32,105 nt of DNA from a virus (IMGVR_UViG_3300031519_005527:1-32105); one strand, 5' to 3'; shown: positions 1-8,023, counted from the stretch's first letter. A program made the numbers and translations. The notes: generated from the sequence alone by a model not told the origin.

Positions 1-21
1 CATCTCCTAGTTCTAAAATAG

Positions 22-94
22 TGGACCCGCTCGGATTTGAACCGAGGACCGATCGGTTATGAGCCGACTGCTCTTACCCCTGAGCTACGGGTCC
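22..94 (-). tRNA. tRNA-Ile2 (anticodon CAU, lysidine type; elongator Met not fully excluded)
   Basis: Reverse complement GGACCCGTAGCTCAGGGGTAAGAGCAGTCGGCT-CAT-AACCGATCGGTCCTCGGTTCAAATCCGAGCGGGTCCA folds as a cloverleaf. The acceptor stem and anticodon arm resemble bacterial Ile2. No encoded CCA. Confidence 0.9.
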
Positions 95-600
95 ATCTTT
101 AAGTATTTTCTATATTTCTCAGGCATTCTATCAAAGTATTTTGTACTTGTCAAGGACTTTCTACCTTTATTCAAGTCGCTTGAACGTGCTACATTTATCA
201 GAAAGCAGGGTGCATGTTGTCTTGGATTGAACCCATCAACCTCAAGGTCGTCGTTTGGATTCATACATATACTCTTGTAATCCTTTATTCCATTTCTTTT
301 CAGAAGTTTATTTAGGAATGACTGGAATGGCGCTGTGTTCTCTTTCTCCAACTCAACTGGAATACCGTCCACAAACAGAGCGAACAGTCCAGAACTGTAT
401 CCATCGTCTATCATCTGCTTAACAACGTCAGGAAATACCTGGACATTCGAATCAAACACATCCACCAGCAACCTGCCCCTTGTTCGCTCTCCCTTGGAAA
501 AGGGGCAGGTTGCCATACCCGAAAACTCCTCCCTTGGAGTCTCGATGTATTCTTTGATGTAAGAGTGTATTCTCTCTATGGTGTTACTCTTTTCTACCAT
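85..600 (-). CDS. hypothetical protein, DUF1415-like
   Basis: 171 aa with a CPF motif near the N-terminus and NPRQHAP-like segment, reminiscent of DUF1415 proteins. The stop codon lies inside the tRNA. Confidence 0.6.
   Translation of the reverse strand: MVEKSNTIERIHSYIKEYIETPREEFSGMATCPFSKGERTRGRLLVDVFDSNVQVFPDVVKQMIDDGYSSGLFALFVDGIPVELEKENTAPFQSFLNKLLKRNGIKDYKSICMNPNDDLEVDGFNPRQHAPCFLINVARSSDLNKGRKSLTSTKYFDRMPEKYRKYLKMDP
125..153 (-). promoter_or_regulatory. sigma70 promoter inside the CDS, upstream of tRNA-Ile2
   Basis: TTGACA-17 nt-TAGAAT with TG extension, ending 30 nt before the tRNA 5' end. Confidence 0.7.
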
Positions 601-727
601 ACAAAATATCCAATCTGTTTTTTCTTTCTTGTTCTGGTGAAGTCGTTGACCTTGCGATCACCATCCTGACCAGTGCTGATGCTGTGTAAGCATAACAAGC
701 CACTAGGAGAACGTACTCTAACTTCAC
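584..727 (-). CDS. small membrane protein, 47 aa (not in ORF track)
   Basis: GTG start overlaps the ligase TGA (GTGA). Translation MKLEYVLLVACYAYTASALVRMVIARSTTSPEQERKNRLDILYGRKE fills the gap exactly. Confidence 0.65.
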   Translation of the reverse strand: MKLEYVLLVACYAYTASALVRMVIARSTTSPEQERKNRLDILYGRKE

Positions 728-1866
728 GCTGTTAGGAACCTGTAGAAGTTGCGGCACACCGTCCTAAAGTAGTTGACCCCACCTTCGTTCTCGTTGTGCA
801 ATTCATACAATACTTTGTAGTCGCCTGAATCATAGGCGTCATCCATCGTATCGTTGACGATATCTACCATTTTGTAGGCGGCCGCCCTTATTTCCTCTGG
901 AAGCATAAACATCATTTTATCTAGGCGACCCTTGATCATACAGTTCATGATGTATTTGTAGCACAACTTACTCTTGACCATCTCGCCGATGTAGTTAATG
1001 TACTTAAACTTGATAAGTTGCCCATTAAAGTTCATGACCCAACCCTCGTGATTTGACACTGAACGACTGCTAATCTCATCGACTAGATCATTCAGAGTCA
1101 TCTCACGAGACTCAGGACATATGAAGAGATGCGGCATTGCTTTGCAAGTATGCTCTAACTCTGTGAGTTTCAGCGACTCACCATCGGAATCATAAGCATT
1201 CAACAGGTATAGTGTTTCCACGTTGTCATAATCAACGAAGACCTTAGTGTAGGGGTGGATCAATTCCACTACAATAGACATAAGTTCCTTACCTACAGTC
1301 TTTTCTACCTGTTGAAAGTCCGAAAGAGTAAGCATGTTACCAGCAATCTCCGCACTAGTTGTTCCAAATTTACCTCGGGTGGAGGAACACAGTTCACCGT
1401 TATGGACAAAGTACTCAATCATATGTCCATCCGCTTTTTCTCGGGCGGTGTATTTACCTGTTCCAAACTTCTGGGTGAGTGCCTCGTATGTATTTTCCGG
1501 CAACTCACTGTAGTTAAAGAACTTCTCGAACCCGCGACTAACGAGAACTGGTTCCTCCACACTGAAGTCGTAGATCATACCACGCATATCGCGCAGGGGT
1601 TGTGACCACCCTTGATCCACTTCATGCAGTACATTGTGTGCCTGACCTGTATAGTTCAACAGGATCAGTTGACGCTCTTCATCAATGTCAAACCCTAGCA
1701 ACTCACCTGGGTTCTTCATGTCTGTGTGCTCAAGGTGTAGCAACTCCTTGAACTTCTGAGCATTTTCTCTCTTGAATGATGCCCACTTAGTCTTCTTGTC
1801 TTCGATAGTACGAATCTCTGAAGTGATAAGTTTAGCAATCACAGGCACGTTTGAATGTACTGACAC
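724..1866 (-). CDS. RNA ligase, T4 Rnl1-like
   Basis: Nucleotidyltransferase motifs: EKADG (I), STRG, VELIHP, LYLL, EGWV (IV), KFK (V). RBS GAAAGGA before GTG. Confidence 0.85.
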   Translation of the reverse strand: MSVHSNVPVIAKLITSEIRTIEDKKTKWASFKRENAQKFKELLHLEHTDMKNPGELLGFDIDEERQLILLNYTGQAHNVLHEVDQGWSQPLRDMRGMIYDFSVEEPVLVSRGFEKFFNYSELPENTYEALTQKFGTGKYTAREKADGHMIEYFVHNGELCSSTRGKFGTTSAEIAGNMLTLSDFQQVEKTVGKELMSIVVELIHPYTKVFVDYDNVETLYLLNAYDSDGESLKLTELEHTCKAMPHLFICPESREMTLNDLVDEISSRSVSNHEGWVMNFNGQLIKFKYINYIGEMVKSKLCYKYIMNCMIKGRLDKMMFMLPEEIRAAAYKMVDIVNDTMDDAYDSGDYKVLYELHNENEGGVNYFRTVCRNFYRFLTA

Positions 1867-1897
1867 GTTAATGTCCTTTCATTTAAGTTGTGAGAGT

Positions 1898-1926
1898 ATT
1901 ATATATTAACTTTGTTTATTTGTCAA
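1898..1926 (-). promoter_or_regulatory. perfect sigma70 consensus promoter
   Basis: TTGACA-17 nt-TATAAT upstream of the RNA ligase. Confidence 0.85.
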
Positions 1927-3146
1927 GACGATGATGAAAGTTTATCGACGAATCGCTTCTGTTGGGGGTGCCACTCATATGCAATGGCAAAACTTTCCTC
2001 AGAAGATAATTGCTTTTCAAATACAACCTTTTGAATCTTAGGGAAAGAGGTTCGGCATAACAATTCGCTTGTATTGTGCTCCAGGATCTCTTGAATGAAC
2101 TTCTGTCTACCGTGGTCTACAGACCTGACAGAAGAAATGTTAGAATCCATCGATTTTCCGATACGGGTAATCAACCATACGTCCCTGGATGTACCACCGG
2201 ATCTTTTCCAGACCTGGTACATTTGATTTTCGAACGCCTGTGGGTGAGCAGACATCACTAGCATGACGGGAGAGTCATCCACACCAGGATGAACCTGAGT
2301 CTGATTCATAGTGTTCCAATCATCGACAGGAAAGAATTCTTTCCACAAGTTTTTGCGCATCCCTTCAGTATTCGCAGATGGTAAAGGTTGTGACCTGTCG
2401 GCAGAAAATGCCTTATTGAGTACGTTACCGACAAAAGATCTATATTCCTCTCGGGCGTAGATCGTACCAGACTCGGTAATCAACCAATTCCTGCCCCAGT
2501 TCTTTTTCTTTTCCAGTGTCCAACTTAAAATCTGTGGATTTTCCTCACAAGCATATTCAAAATTACGTACGAGTTGATGTGGGAGATCCTCCTCTTTATT
2601 TTCTGGTCTTGTGCCATCCACCTCCTCGTTACCGATTCGTGCAAGTTTATTTGCAAACTTACGGATTTTCCAAGTTGGTGTGCCTTCTGGGAATTTAAAT
2701 TTAACCCAGTCGCACTTAGATTTAAACCCCTTTTCATTGATGGCATATTCATGCCCGCGCCCGCGCTCATTACCGATAGCAAAGTACACTAGACTTTCAA
2801 GTTCAGTGCCAAGAAGTATTCTTTTCCTTGGTTCCTCATACTTGTAGAAGGCAGTATACCACTTATGAGGATCATCCTCACCATTGACTCTCGATTGAAA
2901 GTCACTATAGTATTTTTCGGACCTTGGGGCAAAACTAGACATGTCCCACCCCTTTACAATCTCAACTTCCAGACCCTCGACCTGTACAAGTTCAGTCCAT
3001 CGAATGGACCTTGGATCTTCAACGTCTTTGCTGGGATTTATGTACCCCATATCCTCTACTTGTTTCCATACTTTTTCATAGTATTTATCTGTTTCTGTTT
3101 TTAGTTCAACAATTTTGGCAGTTGTTCTATTACTCATTGTCCCCAT
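1923..3146 (-). CDS. hypothetical protein (possible divergent ParB/Srx-like domain)
   Basis: 407 aa ORF with RBS AGGAG; the true start may be the ATG at 3137. AIGNER resembles the ParB GxxR motif, weakly. Confidence 0.6.
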   Translation of the reverse strand: MGTMSNRTTAKIVELKTETDKYYEKVWKQVEDMGYINPSKDVEDPRSIRWTELVQVEGLEVEIVKGWDMSSFAPRSEKYYSDFQSRVNGEDDPHKWYTAFYKYEEPRKRILLGTELESLVYFAIGNERGRGHEYAINEKGFKSKCDWVKFKFPEGTPTWKIRKFANKLARIGNEEVDGTRPENKEEDLPHQLVRNFEYACEENPQILSWTLEKKKNWGRNWLITESGTIYAREEYRSFVGNVLNKAFSADRSQPLPSANTEGMRKNLWKEFFPVDDWNTMNQTQVHPGVDDSPVMLVMSAHPQAFENQMYQVWKRSGGTSRDVWLITRIGKSMDSNISSVRSVDHGRQKFIQEILEHNTSELLCRTSFPKIQKVVFEKQLSSEESFAIAYEWHPQQKRFVDKLSSSS

Positions 3147-3163
3147 CTCCTCTTATCTTAATC

Positions 3164-3192
3164 ATCATATACTTTATTTGTTTATTTGTCAA
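3164..3192 (-). promoter_or_regulatory. sigma70 promoter
   Basis: TTGACA-17 nt-TATGAT in intergenic DNA. Confidence 0.75.
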
Positions 3193-3218
3193 GAACTTAT
3201 TTTGCTGACCACTTCAAT

Positions 3219-3247
3219 AATATAGCAAATCTTTTATCGTTTGTAAA
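3219..3247 (-). promoter_or_regulatory. sigma70 promoter (tandem with 3164..3192)
   Basis: TTTACA-17 nt-TATATT with TG extension. Confidence 0.6.
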
Positions 3248-3265
3248 GTCTTTTCTTTACTTTTT

Positions 3266-3460
3266 TTATACGTGTGGTGCGCCAAAAGGATACGCCGATG
3301 CAAGCACCACTCTTGAGAACTTAATAGATCCTCCGTGCTTCTTTGTTAGGTCTGAAACCTTCTTATCACAAATCTTCCTGGTCGCTATGATCTCTTGACT
3401 TCTTTCTGATCCGACACGATAGCGAACCCTGACTAAATCTTCAGGTGCTTTCTTCTTCAC
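3266..3460 (-). CDS. hypothetical basic protein
   Basis: 64 aa; GTGA overlap with the upstream gene. Confidence 0.55.
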   Translation of the reverse strand: MKKKAPEDLVRVRYRVGSERSQEIIATRKICDKKVSDLTKKHGGSIKFSRVVLASAYPFGAPHV

Positions 3461-3984
3461 TTAAAGTTCTTCTGAATCGCTTCGAAGATTATCTCTTCCA
3501 TGTTGAGTCCTTCGTAACTCTTGTCGGCGCGGACATCGTTTGCGACAACCTCAACTACTGTCTGATCCTCGACTCTGCACTGGACTACGGCATCATTGTT
3601 GAACATTGTCAAGTCTTCAAAGTTGACAACTCCAACCTTTCTCTTACCAGTATCAATAAGGATCATACGGTCGAATGTCTTGTCGGGTATACCGAGGTTT
3701 TTTCCTCTATGGTTTCTCAGTATCACCTTCTTTGTATGATGCGTGGTCGGTTGAAAAATAGTGCCCTGCAACTTACACTCGTAGCGAAGACCATCAGATC
3801 CTTCAAAGTCCATACCATCGGCAGTGTCGCCGACATACTTGAGATTACCGTTACTATACTTATCGATTGCCATTTCAACAATCTCTGTACGCAATGGTCG
3901 AGTCTGGTTGCGAGTGAGTGTACTGACAGAGTTGATGACTCCGAATACTTTCTTCCAATTTACATTCTTTTTTAAGTCAATCAT
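3457..3984 (-). CDS. PD-(D/E)xK nuclease-like protein
   Basis: Helix E (TEIVE), then GMDF...YECK, matching the restriction-endonuclease-fold catalytic pattern. ATGA-coupled to the upstream MTase. Confidence 0.55.
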   Translation of the reverse strand: MIDLKKNVNWKKVFGVINSVSTLTRNQTRPLRTEIVEMAIDKYSNGNLKYVGDTADGMDFEGSDGLRYECKLQGTIFQPTTHHTKKVILRNHRGKNLGIPDKTFDRMILIDTGKRKVGVVNFEDLTMFNNDAVVQCRVEDQTVVEVVANDVRADKSYEGLNMEEIIFEAIQKNFK

Positions 3985-4997
3985 TTGTCTCCCCCTATCA
4001 TCAGTATCTCTGTTGCCTTGGTTGCTGTGTGGGTATCATCTTCTTGTTTCTTCTTTCTACCCACGGTATATGTTATATCAAAGTATTCTATCTTGCAACC
4101 TTTATTTCTTTCTTCAAAGAAGTTATCTCCCCAATCACGGTTCGATAACAAAGAGTATGCTCCACTATCGCATGAATGATGAAAGAAGTCAAGCACTTTT
4201 TCTTGGAAATCGTCACTAAGTTCAGTTCCATAGTCAGCGAACGTCTTCTCATCATCAGACGCGGATCGGTAAGGAGGGTCTAGAAACACATATGATCCCT
4301 TACCGACATGCTCCATGGATTCACTGAAGTCATTGGAAGTTATTACAGAGTTCTGCAATGCCTCGTGCCACAACATCACGTTCTCTTTATTGTAAACCTC
4401 TTTATCATGTCGCATCAACCCGCAGGGCGTATTGAATCTTTCGTGCTCTGCGCCCATTTGCCAGACACCGTTGAATGCAGTCTTCATCAGAAAGTAGAGA
4501 GTTGCTGCCTCTTCGGTTCGGGACCAGTCGTTATAATCCTCTTGGTACATCTGTCTAACTTTAAAGAAGAAAGTTCTTCTTGTCTGTTGTTCTGAGAATA
4601 TCTTATGCCAATCGTACTTGTTGTGTGGCAACTTGTACTTCTTCTCCAAGTCGGCGTCCTTCATGCCAGTTGGATCATCAACCCATTCTACCTTACCGGA
4701 TGACCTATCTCTACGTTTTGGTGGAGACAAAGACATGTATTTTATAGCGAAGCGGTCAGTGATCTTTGTGAACTCATCGACATCATCTCTAATGGATTTG
4801 TATATGTTTACAATATCAGGGTTGATATCATTTATGTAGAACTCTGCATTCGGGTTTGTTTCATATGCCCATATGAACATGGCACCGCCGCCAAAGAAAG
4901 GTTCGTGATACTTATCGAACGCCGGTGGCAGGTATGGTCCGTACTCATTGTTTATTAATTTTGTCTTGCCGCCTGCCCACATGAATAATGGAGTCAT
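3981..4997 (-). CDS. DNA adenine methyltransferase, Dam/D12 family
   Basis: FMWAGGKT, EPFFGGGA (motif I), INDIN, FLDPPY (motif IV), EILM at the C-terminus. Confidence 0.92.
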   Translation of the reverse strand: MTPLFMWAGGKTKLINNEYGPYLPPAFDKYHEPFFGGGAMFIWAYETNPNAEFYINDINPDIVNIYKSIRDDVDEFTKITDRFAIKYMSLSPPKRRDRSSGKVEWVDDPTGMKDADLEKKYKLPHNKYDWHKIFSEQQTRRTFFFKVRQMYQEDYNDWSRTEEAATLYFLMKTAFNGVWQMGAEHERFNTPCGLMRHDKEVYNKENVMLWHEALQNSVITSNDFSESMEHVGKGSYVFLDPPYRSASDDEKTFADYGTELSDDFQEKVLDFFHHSCDSGAYSLLSNRDWGDNFFEERNKGCKIEYFDITYTVGRKKKQEDDTHTATKATEILMIGGDK

Positions 4998-5522
4998 CTA
5001 TTTACAACTGTCCAGAACATCCAGCATGATTCTGCTCACTTGTTCTTTGGTAAAACCGTCTGGACTCATGTGAAACTTAAAGTTCTCCCCCATTGTATAT
5101 TTCGCCAACCGAGACATCTTTTCCAAGCATTCACCCTTCTTTGCTCCCGCACCAGAACAGAAAGTTATATATTTGACGTCGGGGTTGATTGATTTTGCGA
5201 CCGATGCGTTTTTGAACCAGCGCTCGTTTGCGTTTCCAAGTAGGTTTTGCTTCTTGCCCTCGAAAACAGCAACGAGTCTGTCCCCTATGAACCATGATCC
5301 GCCGTCGGGTGCAAATCCGAAGCAATTTTCGCCCACAAGGTCTACCTTCATTTGATTGCTAAACTGTTTGATACTGCGAAAACCAGAGGTATTGGGTATG
5401 AGTTCGTCCGCACACTCTTTCAACAGCTTATCCATCTTTTTACTTTGTTCGTCATACGCTGTAGTACCTGCTTGGATACCGCCGTTGTATCCTTCATCTC
5501 TCTGTGATCTGTTAGACATCAT
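4998..5522 (-). CDS. EcoRI-like type II restriction endonuclease, minimal
   Basis: PDGG...VFEGKKQ...GNANERWFKN parallels EcoRI PDGG...AEAKHQ...GNAIERSHKN. Confidence 0.75.
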   Translation of the reverse strand: MMSNRSQRDEGYNGGIQAGTTAYDEQSKKMDKLLKECADELIPNTSGFRSIKQFSNQMKVDLVGENCFGFAPDGGSWFIGDRLVAVFEGKKQNLLGNANERWFKNASVAKSINPDVKYITFCSGAGAKKGECLEKMSRLAKYTMGENFKFHMSPDGFTKEQVSRIMLDVLDSCK

Positions 5523-6418
5523 TGTTCCCTTTCGTAGTTTGTTATTAGCAATTCTTTGCGCTCTTTTTGCGCTTCTGTATATACCTTACTAGATCGCATT
5601 GTATATGTCAAGTCCCAATCATTAAAATAATAATCTGCGTACCTTTTTCTTAGAACTTCATTTGAATTGTAAGTGATCATCCAATCATGCTCACATTCAA
5701 CTGAGTCTTCATAGAACCTCATGTGATCAAACCCTGAGTGCATGTCCCCGTTCTTACCATACAAGTCATCCTTGATATCATAAGGAGGGTCGAGAAAGAT
5801 AAAGCAATCATCCGCACCTTTGGCACTGAGTAGGTACTCGTAGTCAAGATTGGTAATCTTCCAGTCCTTGATGAGTTTAGAATATGCTGGCAACTTACTG
5901 ATACCATTCATGCTGAAGTTCTGCTCTGATGCCTGCTCCGAGAAAGAACTACTCTCCCCTAGTCCTGAGAAACTACACTTGTTCAGTATGTAAAAGTACA
6001 CTGCTTTAGTCAAGTTATCTGTAGATCCAGTTGAGATGTTACACTTGGCATGATTGAAAAGTTCTCTGTGCTTGTCGATCATTTCCAAGATGCTGGGATC
6101 CCAGTCAATCTTTGGAACCTTTTCCTTGCGTAAAGGTTTCGATACATACTCAATGGCACCCTTGATTCGTACTAACTCCTGATGTAGTTCTGGTCCTCTA
6201 TCTCTTAACTGAACCCAGAAGTTATACAGGTTATAATACGCATCGTTTACCCAGACCTTCGTGTTTGGTCTGGTCTGGGTTACATGCAATGCCATTGAAC
6301 CACCTCCAAGAAAGGGTTCCCGAAACTCACTGAAACTCTCTGGCAAGTCCGGACTCAATTTCTTAATCGCTCTTGACTTACCACCTGGATATCTCAATGG
6401 TGTCTTAAGACTTACCAT
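5519..6418 (-). CDS. dam: DNA adenine methyltransferase, phage Dam family
   Basis: KTPLRYPGGKSR, EPFLGGGS, FLDPPY, WMITYN, ELLITNY. Confidence 0.92.
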   Translation of the reverse strand: MVSLKTPLRYPGGKSRAIKKLSPDLPESFSEFREPFLGGGSMALHVTQTRPNTKVWVNDAYYNLYNFWVQLRDRGPELHQELVRIKGAIEYVSKPLRKEKVPKIDWDPSILEMIDKHRELFNHAKCNISTGSTDNLTKAVYFYILNKCSFSGLGESSSFSEQASEQNFSMNGISKLPAYSKLIKDWKITNLDYEYLLSAKGADDCFIFLDPPYDIKDDLYGKNGDMHSGFDHMRFYEDSVECEHDWMITYNSNEVLRKRYADYYFNDWDLTYTMRSSKVYTEAQKERKELLITNYEREQ

Positions 6419-6581
6419 TATCTCCTCCGAGTCTCTCTTCTAAGACCTCAAGTCTTTTTTTGTTTTCATTGATTCGAACAGTGTTAAGATTGATAACCTT
6501 ATCAATAACTCTAAGCATCAAGTAAAGGGATGCTACAAAACTAATAGCACCCACGATCCAGAAGATGTAAAACCAAGTCAT
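6405..6581 (-). CDS. small membrane protein, 58 aa (not in ORF track)
   Basis: MTWFYIFWIVGAISFVASLYLMLRVIDKVIN...; RBS GAAAGGA; TM helix followed by a coiled-coil-like tail. Confidence 0.7.
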   Translation of the reverse strand: MTWFYIFWIVGAISFVASLYLMLRVIDKVINLNTVRINENKKRLEVLEERLGGDNGKS

Positions 6582-6610
6582 AGTAATGTCCTTTCGGTTA
6601 AGTAAAAAAG

Positions 6611-6684
6611 CGCCCTGGGTAGGATTCGAACCTACGACCTGCGGATTAGAAGTCCGATGCTCTATCCAACTGAGCTACCAGGGC
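6611..6684 (-). tRNA. tRNA-Arg (UCU)
   Basis: Reverse complement GCCCTGGTAGCTCAGTTGGATAGAGCATCGGACT-TCT-AATCCGCAGGTCGTAGGTTCGAATCCTACCCAGGGCG. No encoded CCA. Confidence 0.95.
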
Positions 6685-6697
6685 ATTTGTTGTTGTA

Positions 6698-6726
6698 ACA
6701 ATAACACACTTATTTGTGTTTGTCAA
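6698..6726 (-). promoter_or_regulatory. sigma70 promoter for tRNA-Arg and the MTase cluster
   Basis: TTGACA-17 nt-TATTGT with TG extension, 13 nt before the tRNA. Confidence 0.7.
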
Positions 6727-6732
6727 TAGTTT

Positions 6733-6822
6733 TTATCTTGTTCTCTTGTACCAATCGTATGCGATACTTCCTAAGAATATCGCTGATGCCAAAACAGCAA
6801 CTTCACCAATTAAATCTAACAT
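6733..6822 (-). CDS. small membrane peptide, 29 aa (not in ORF track)
   Basis: MLDLIGEVAVLASAIFLGSIAYDWYKRTR; RBS GGAGGG; overlaps the upstream stop. Confidence 0.55.
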   Translation of the reverse strand: MLDLIGEVAVLASAIFLGSIAYDWYKRTR

Positions 6823-7061
6823 GCCAGTCCCTCCCTCTTTGCTCTAGACAGTATCCTCAGAAACTTTGCACGGACCCAATCACATTCACCTGTAACCAAC
6901 TTAATTCTACACCTATACTCGTCTCTGTGCCATTGGTACTCTTGGGTCGATGGCAAGTCATGAATCCTCTTGCTTTCTAGAACCATGCCAGTTTCTCCCG
7001 CTGCCCCAATTGGTCCGACAAGTTTCACCAAGTCACCAGAATCAAACTCTTGCCTAATCAT
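6816..7061 (-). CDS. small KOW/SH3-like protein (GDLV family)
   Basis: Start moved to the ATG at 7061 overlapping the upstream stop. FDSGDLVKLV...ETGMVL...DWV. Confidence 0.6.
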   Translation of the reverse strand: MIRQEFDSGDLVKLVGPIGAAGETGMVLESKRIHDLPSTQEYQWHRDEYRCRIKLVTGECDWVRAKFLRILSRAKREGLAC

Positions 7062-7494
7062 AATAGTCAAAATCCCAACCAGCAAAGGGATTGTCGCAGT
7101 CATCCGCAATACTTTCCTTCTTCTGGTCTTTTTTGTGAGAATCTTCTCGTTTTTGTTTTTCATCTAAGAACTTTCTTCTCAAAACTTCATACTTATCATT
7201 CTTTTCCATAACTCCATCTGTCATCGCGGGTAGATAGGAAGAGTCGCCGCCGTCATAGACCCTCACCTTTTTGCCGTCCTTGAGCGTAATGACAGGATCT
7301 GAATCCTTTACATCGGGATGCTCGGTGAACTCTCTAGCAGTTAGATCTTTCTTGACAATTCTTCGGCGACCATTCTGCTCTTCAACACTTTTTAATGTGA
7401 AGGTTCCATTGGAGGTTGCCTTCACTACTTTACGCTGACCGTTGAAAAGGTAAGAGATCTTTTCGATGGTTCTGCTTTCTTTTATCTTACTCAT
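7054..7494 (-). CDS. hypothetical protein
   Basis: ATGA overlap start at 7494; basic N-terminus and acidic-aromatic C-terminal tail (NPFAGWDFDYYD). Confidence 0.6.
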   Translation of the reverse strand: MSKIKESRTIEKISYLFNGQRKVVKATSNGTFTLKSVEEQNGRRRIVKKDLTAREFTEHPDVKDSDPVITLKDGKKVRVYDGGDSSYLPAMTDGVMEKNDKYEVLRRKFLDEKQKREDSHKKDQKKESIADDCDNPFAGWDFDYYD

Positions 7495-7715
7495 CGTACC
7501 CAAATTCCGTCCCTACAAACGTGATACTCGTCACAGACTTGCCTTTCAATTGATTCGTTCCAGCAGTAGTGTTCATTGCAGACCCTGACTCTTCCAGTGG
7601 TCCAATAACAATCTGTTTCGGTATATTCGTAATCTGGATGAAGTTCATCACACTCCTCGTCTAGCACGATGAGGCACCCCTGCAAAAACAAAACTAAAAA
7701 CAAAATATATTTCAT
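7491..7715 (-). CDS. Cys-rich putative lipoprotein
   Basis: Signal peptide with lipobox-like LQGC and six further Cys. Confidence 0.6.
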   Translation of the reverse strand: MKYILFLVLFLQGCLIVLDEECDELHPDYEYTETDCYWTTGRVRVCNEHYCWNESIERQVCDEYHVCRDGIWVR

Positions 7716-7724
7716 GACTCAACC

Positions 7725-7979
7725 CTATGCAGTTATTTGTAGTTCCCTAATACGCTTACACAGATTAGCATACTTTCTAGGCACATGTCCAGGTTTTTTT
7801 TGCTTAATCGAGTCTAATATGGGTTCTGCCCATTCATCGACTGATGGGACATAGACCAGGCATTTACCATCGATTGTAGAATACTTGTAGAACATCCCTT
7901 CCTGATCTCGGAGGTTCGTGTCGAACAAGTTGTAGTCTTCTAGAAAAACTACTGCTTCGCCTTTTTTAATCTCTGTCAC
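7725..7979 (-). CDS. hypothetical protein, KOW/SH3-like
   Basis: IKKGEAVVF...GMF...CLVY...EW; RBS AAGGA. Confidence 0.6.
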   Translation of the reverse strand: MTEIKKGEAVVFLEDYNLFDTNLRDQEGMFYKYSTIDGKCLVYVPSVDEWAEPILDSIKQKKPGHVPRKYANLCKRIRELQITA

Positions 7980-8023
7980 TTTTTATCCTTTTTTCTAGTG
8001 AATGAATCTTTACTGTTAATGCT

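Noticed and set aside
1-9. Start of a further - strand CDS (ATG at 3, RBS AGGAG at 5..9)
   Set aside because: Only one codon lies inside the window, so it cannot be characterised.
3135-7503. Identical MGTMS N-termini of ORFs 1923..3146 and 7054..7503
   Set aside because: Artefact of start choice: the DNA differs and the likely starts are the internal ATGs (3137, 7494).
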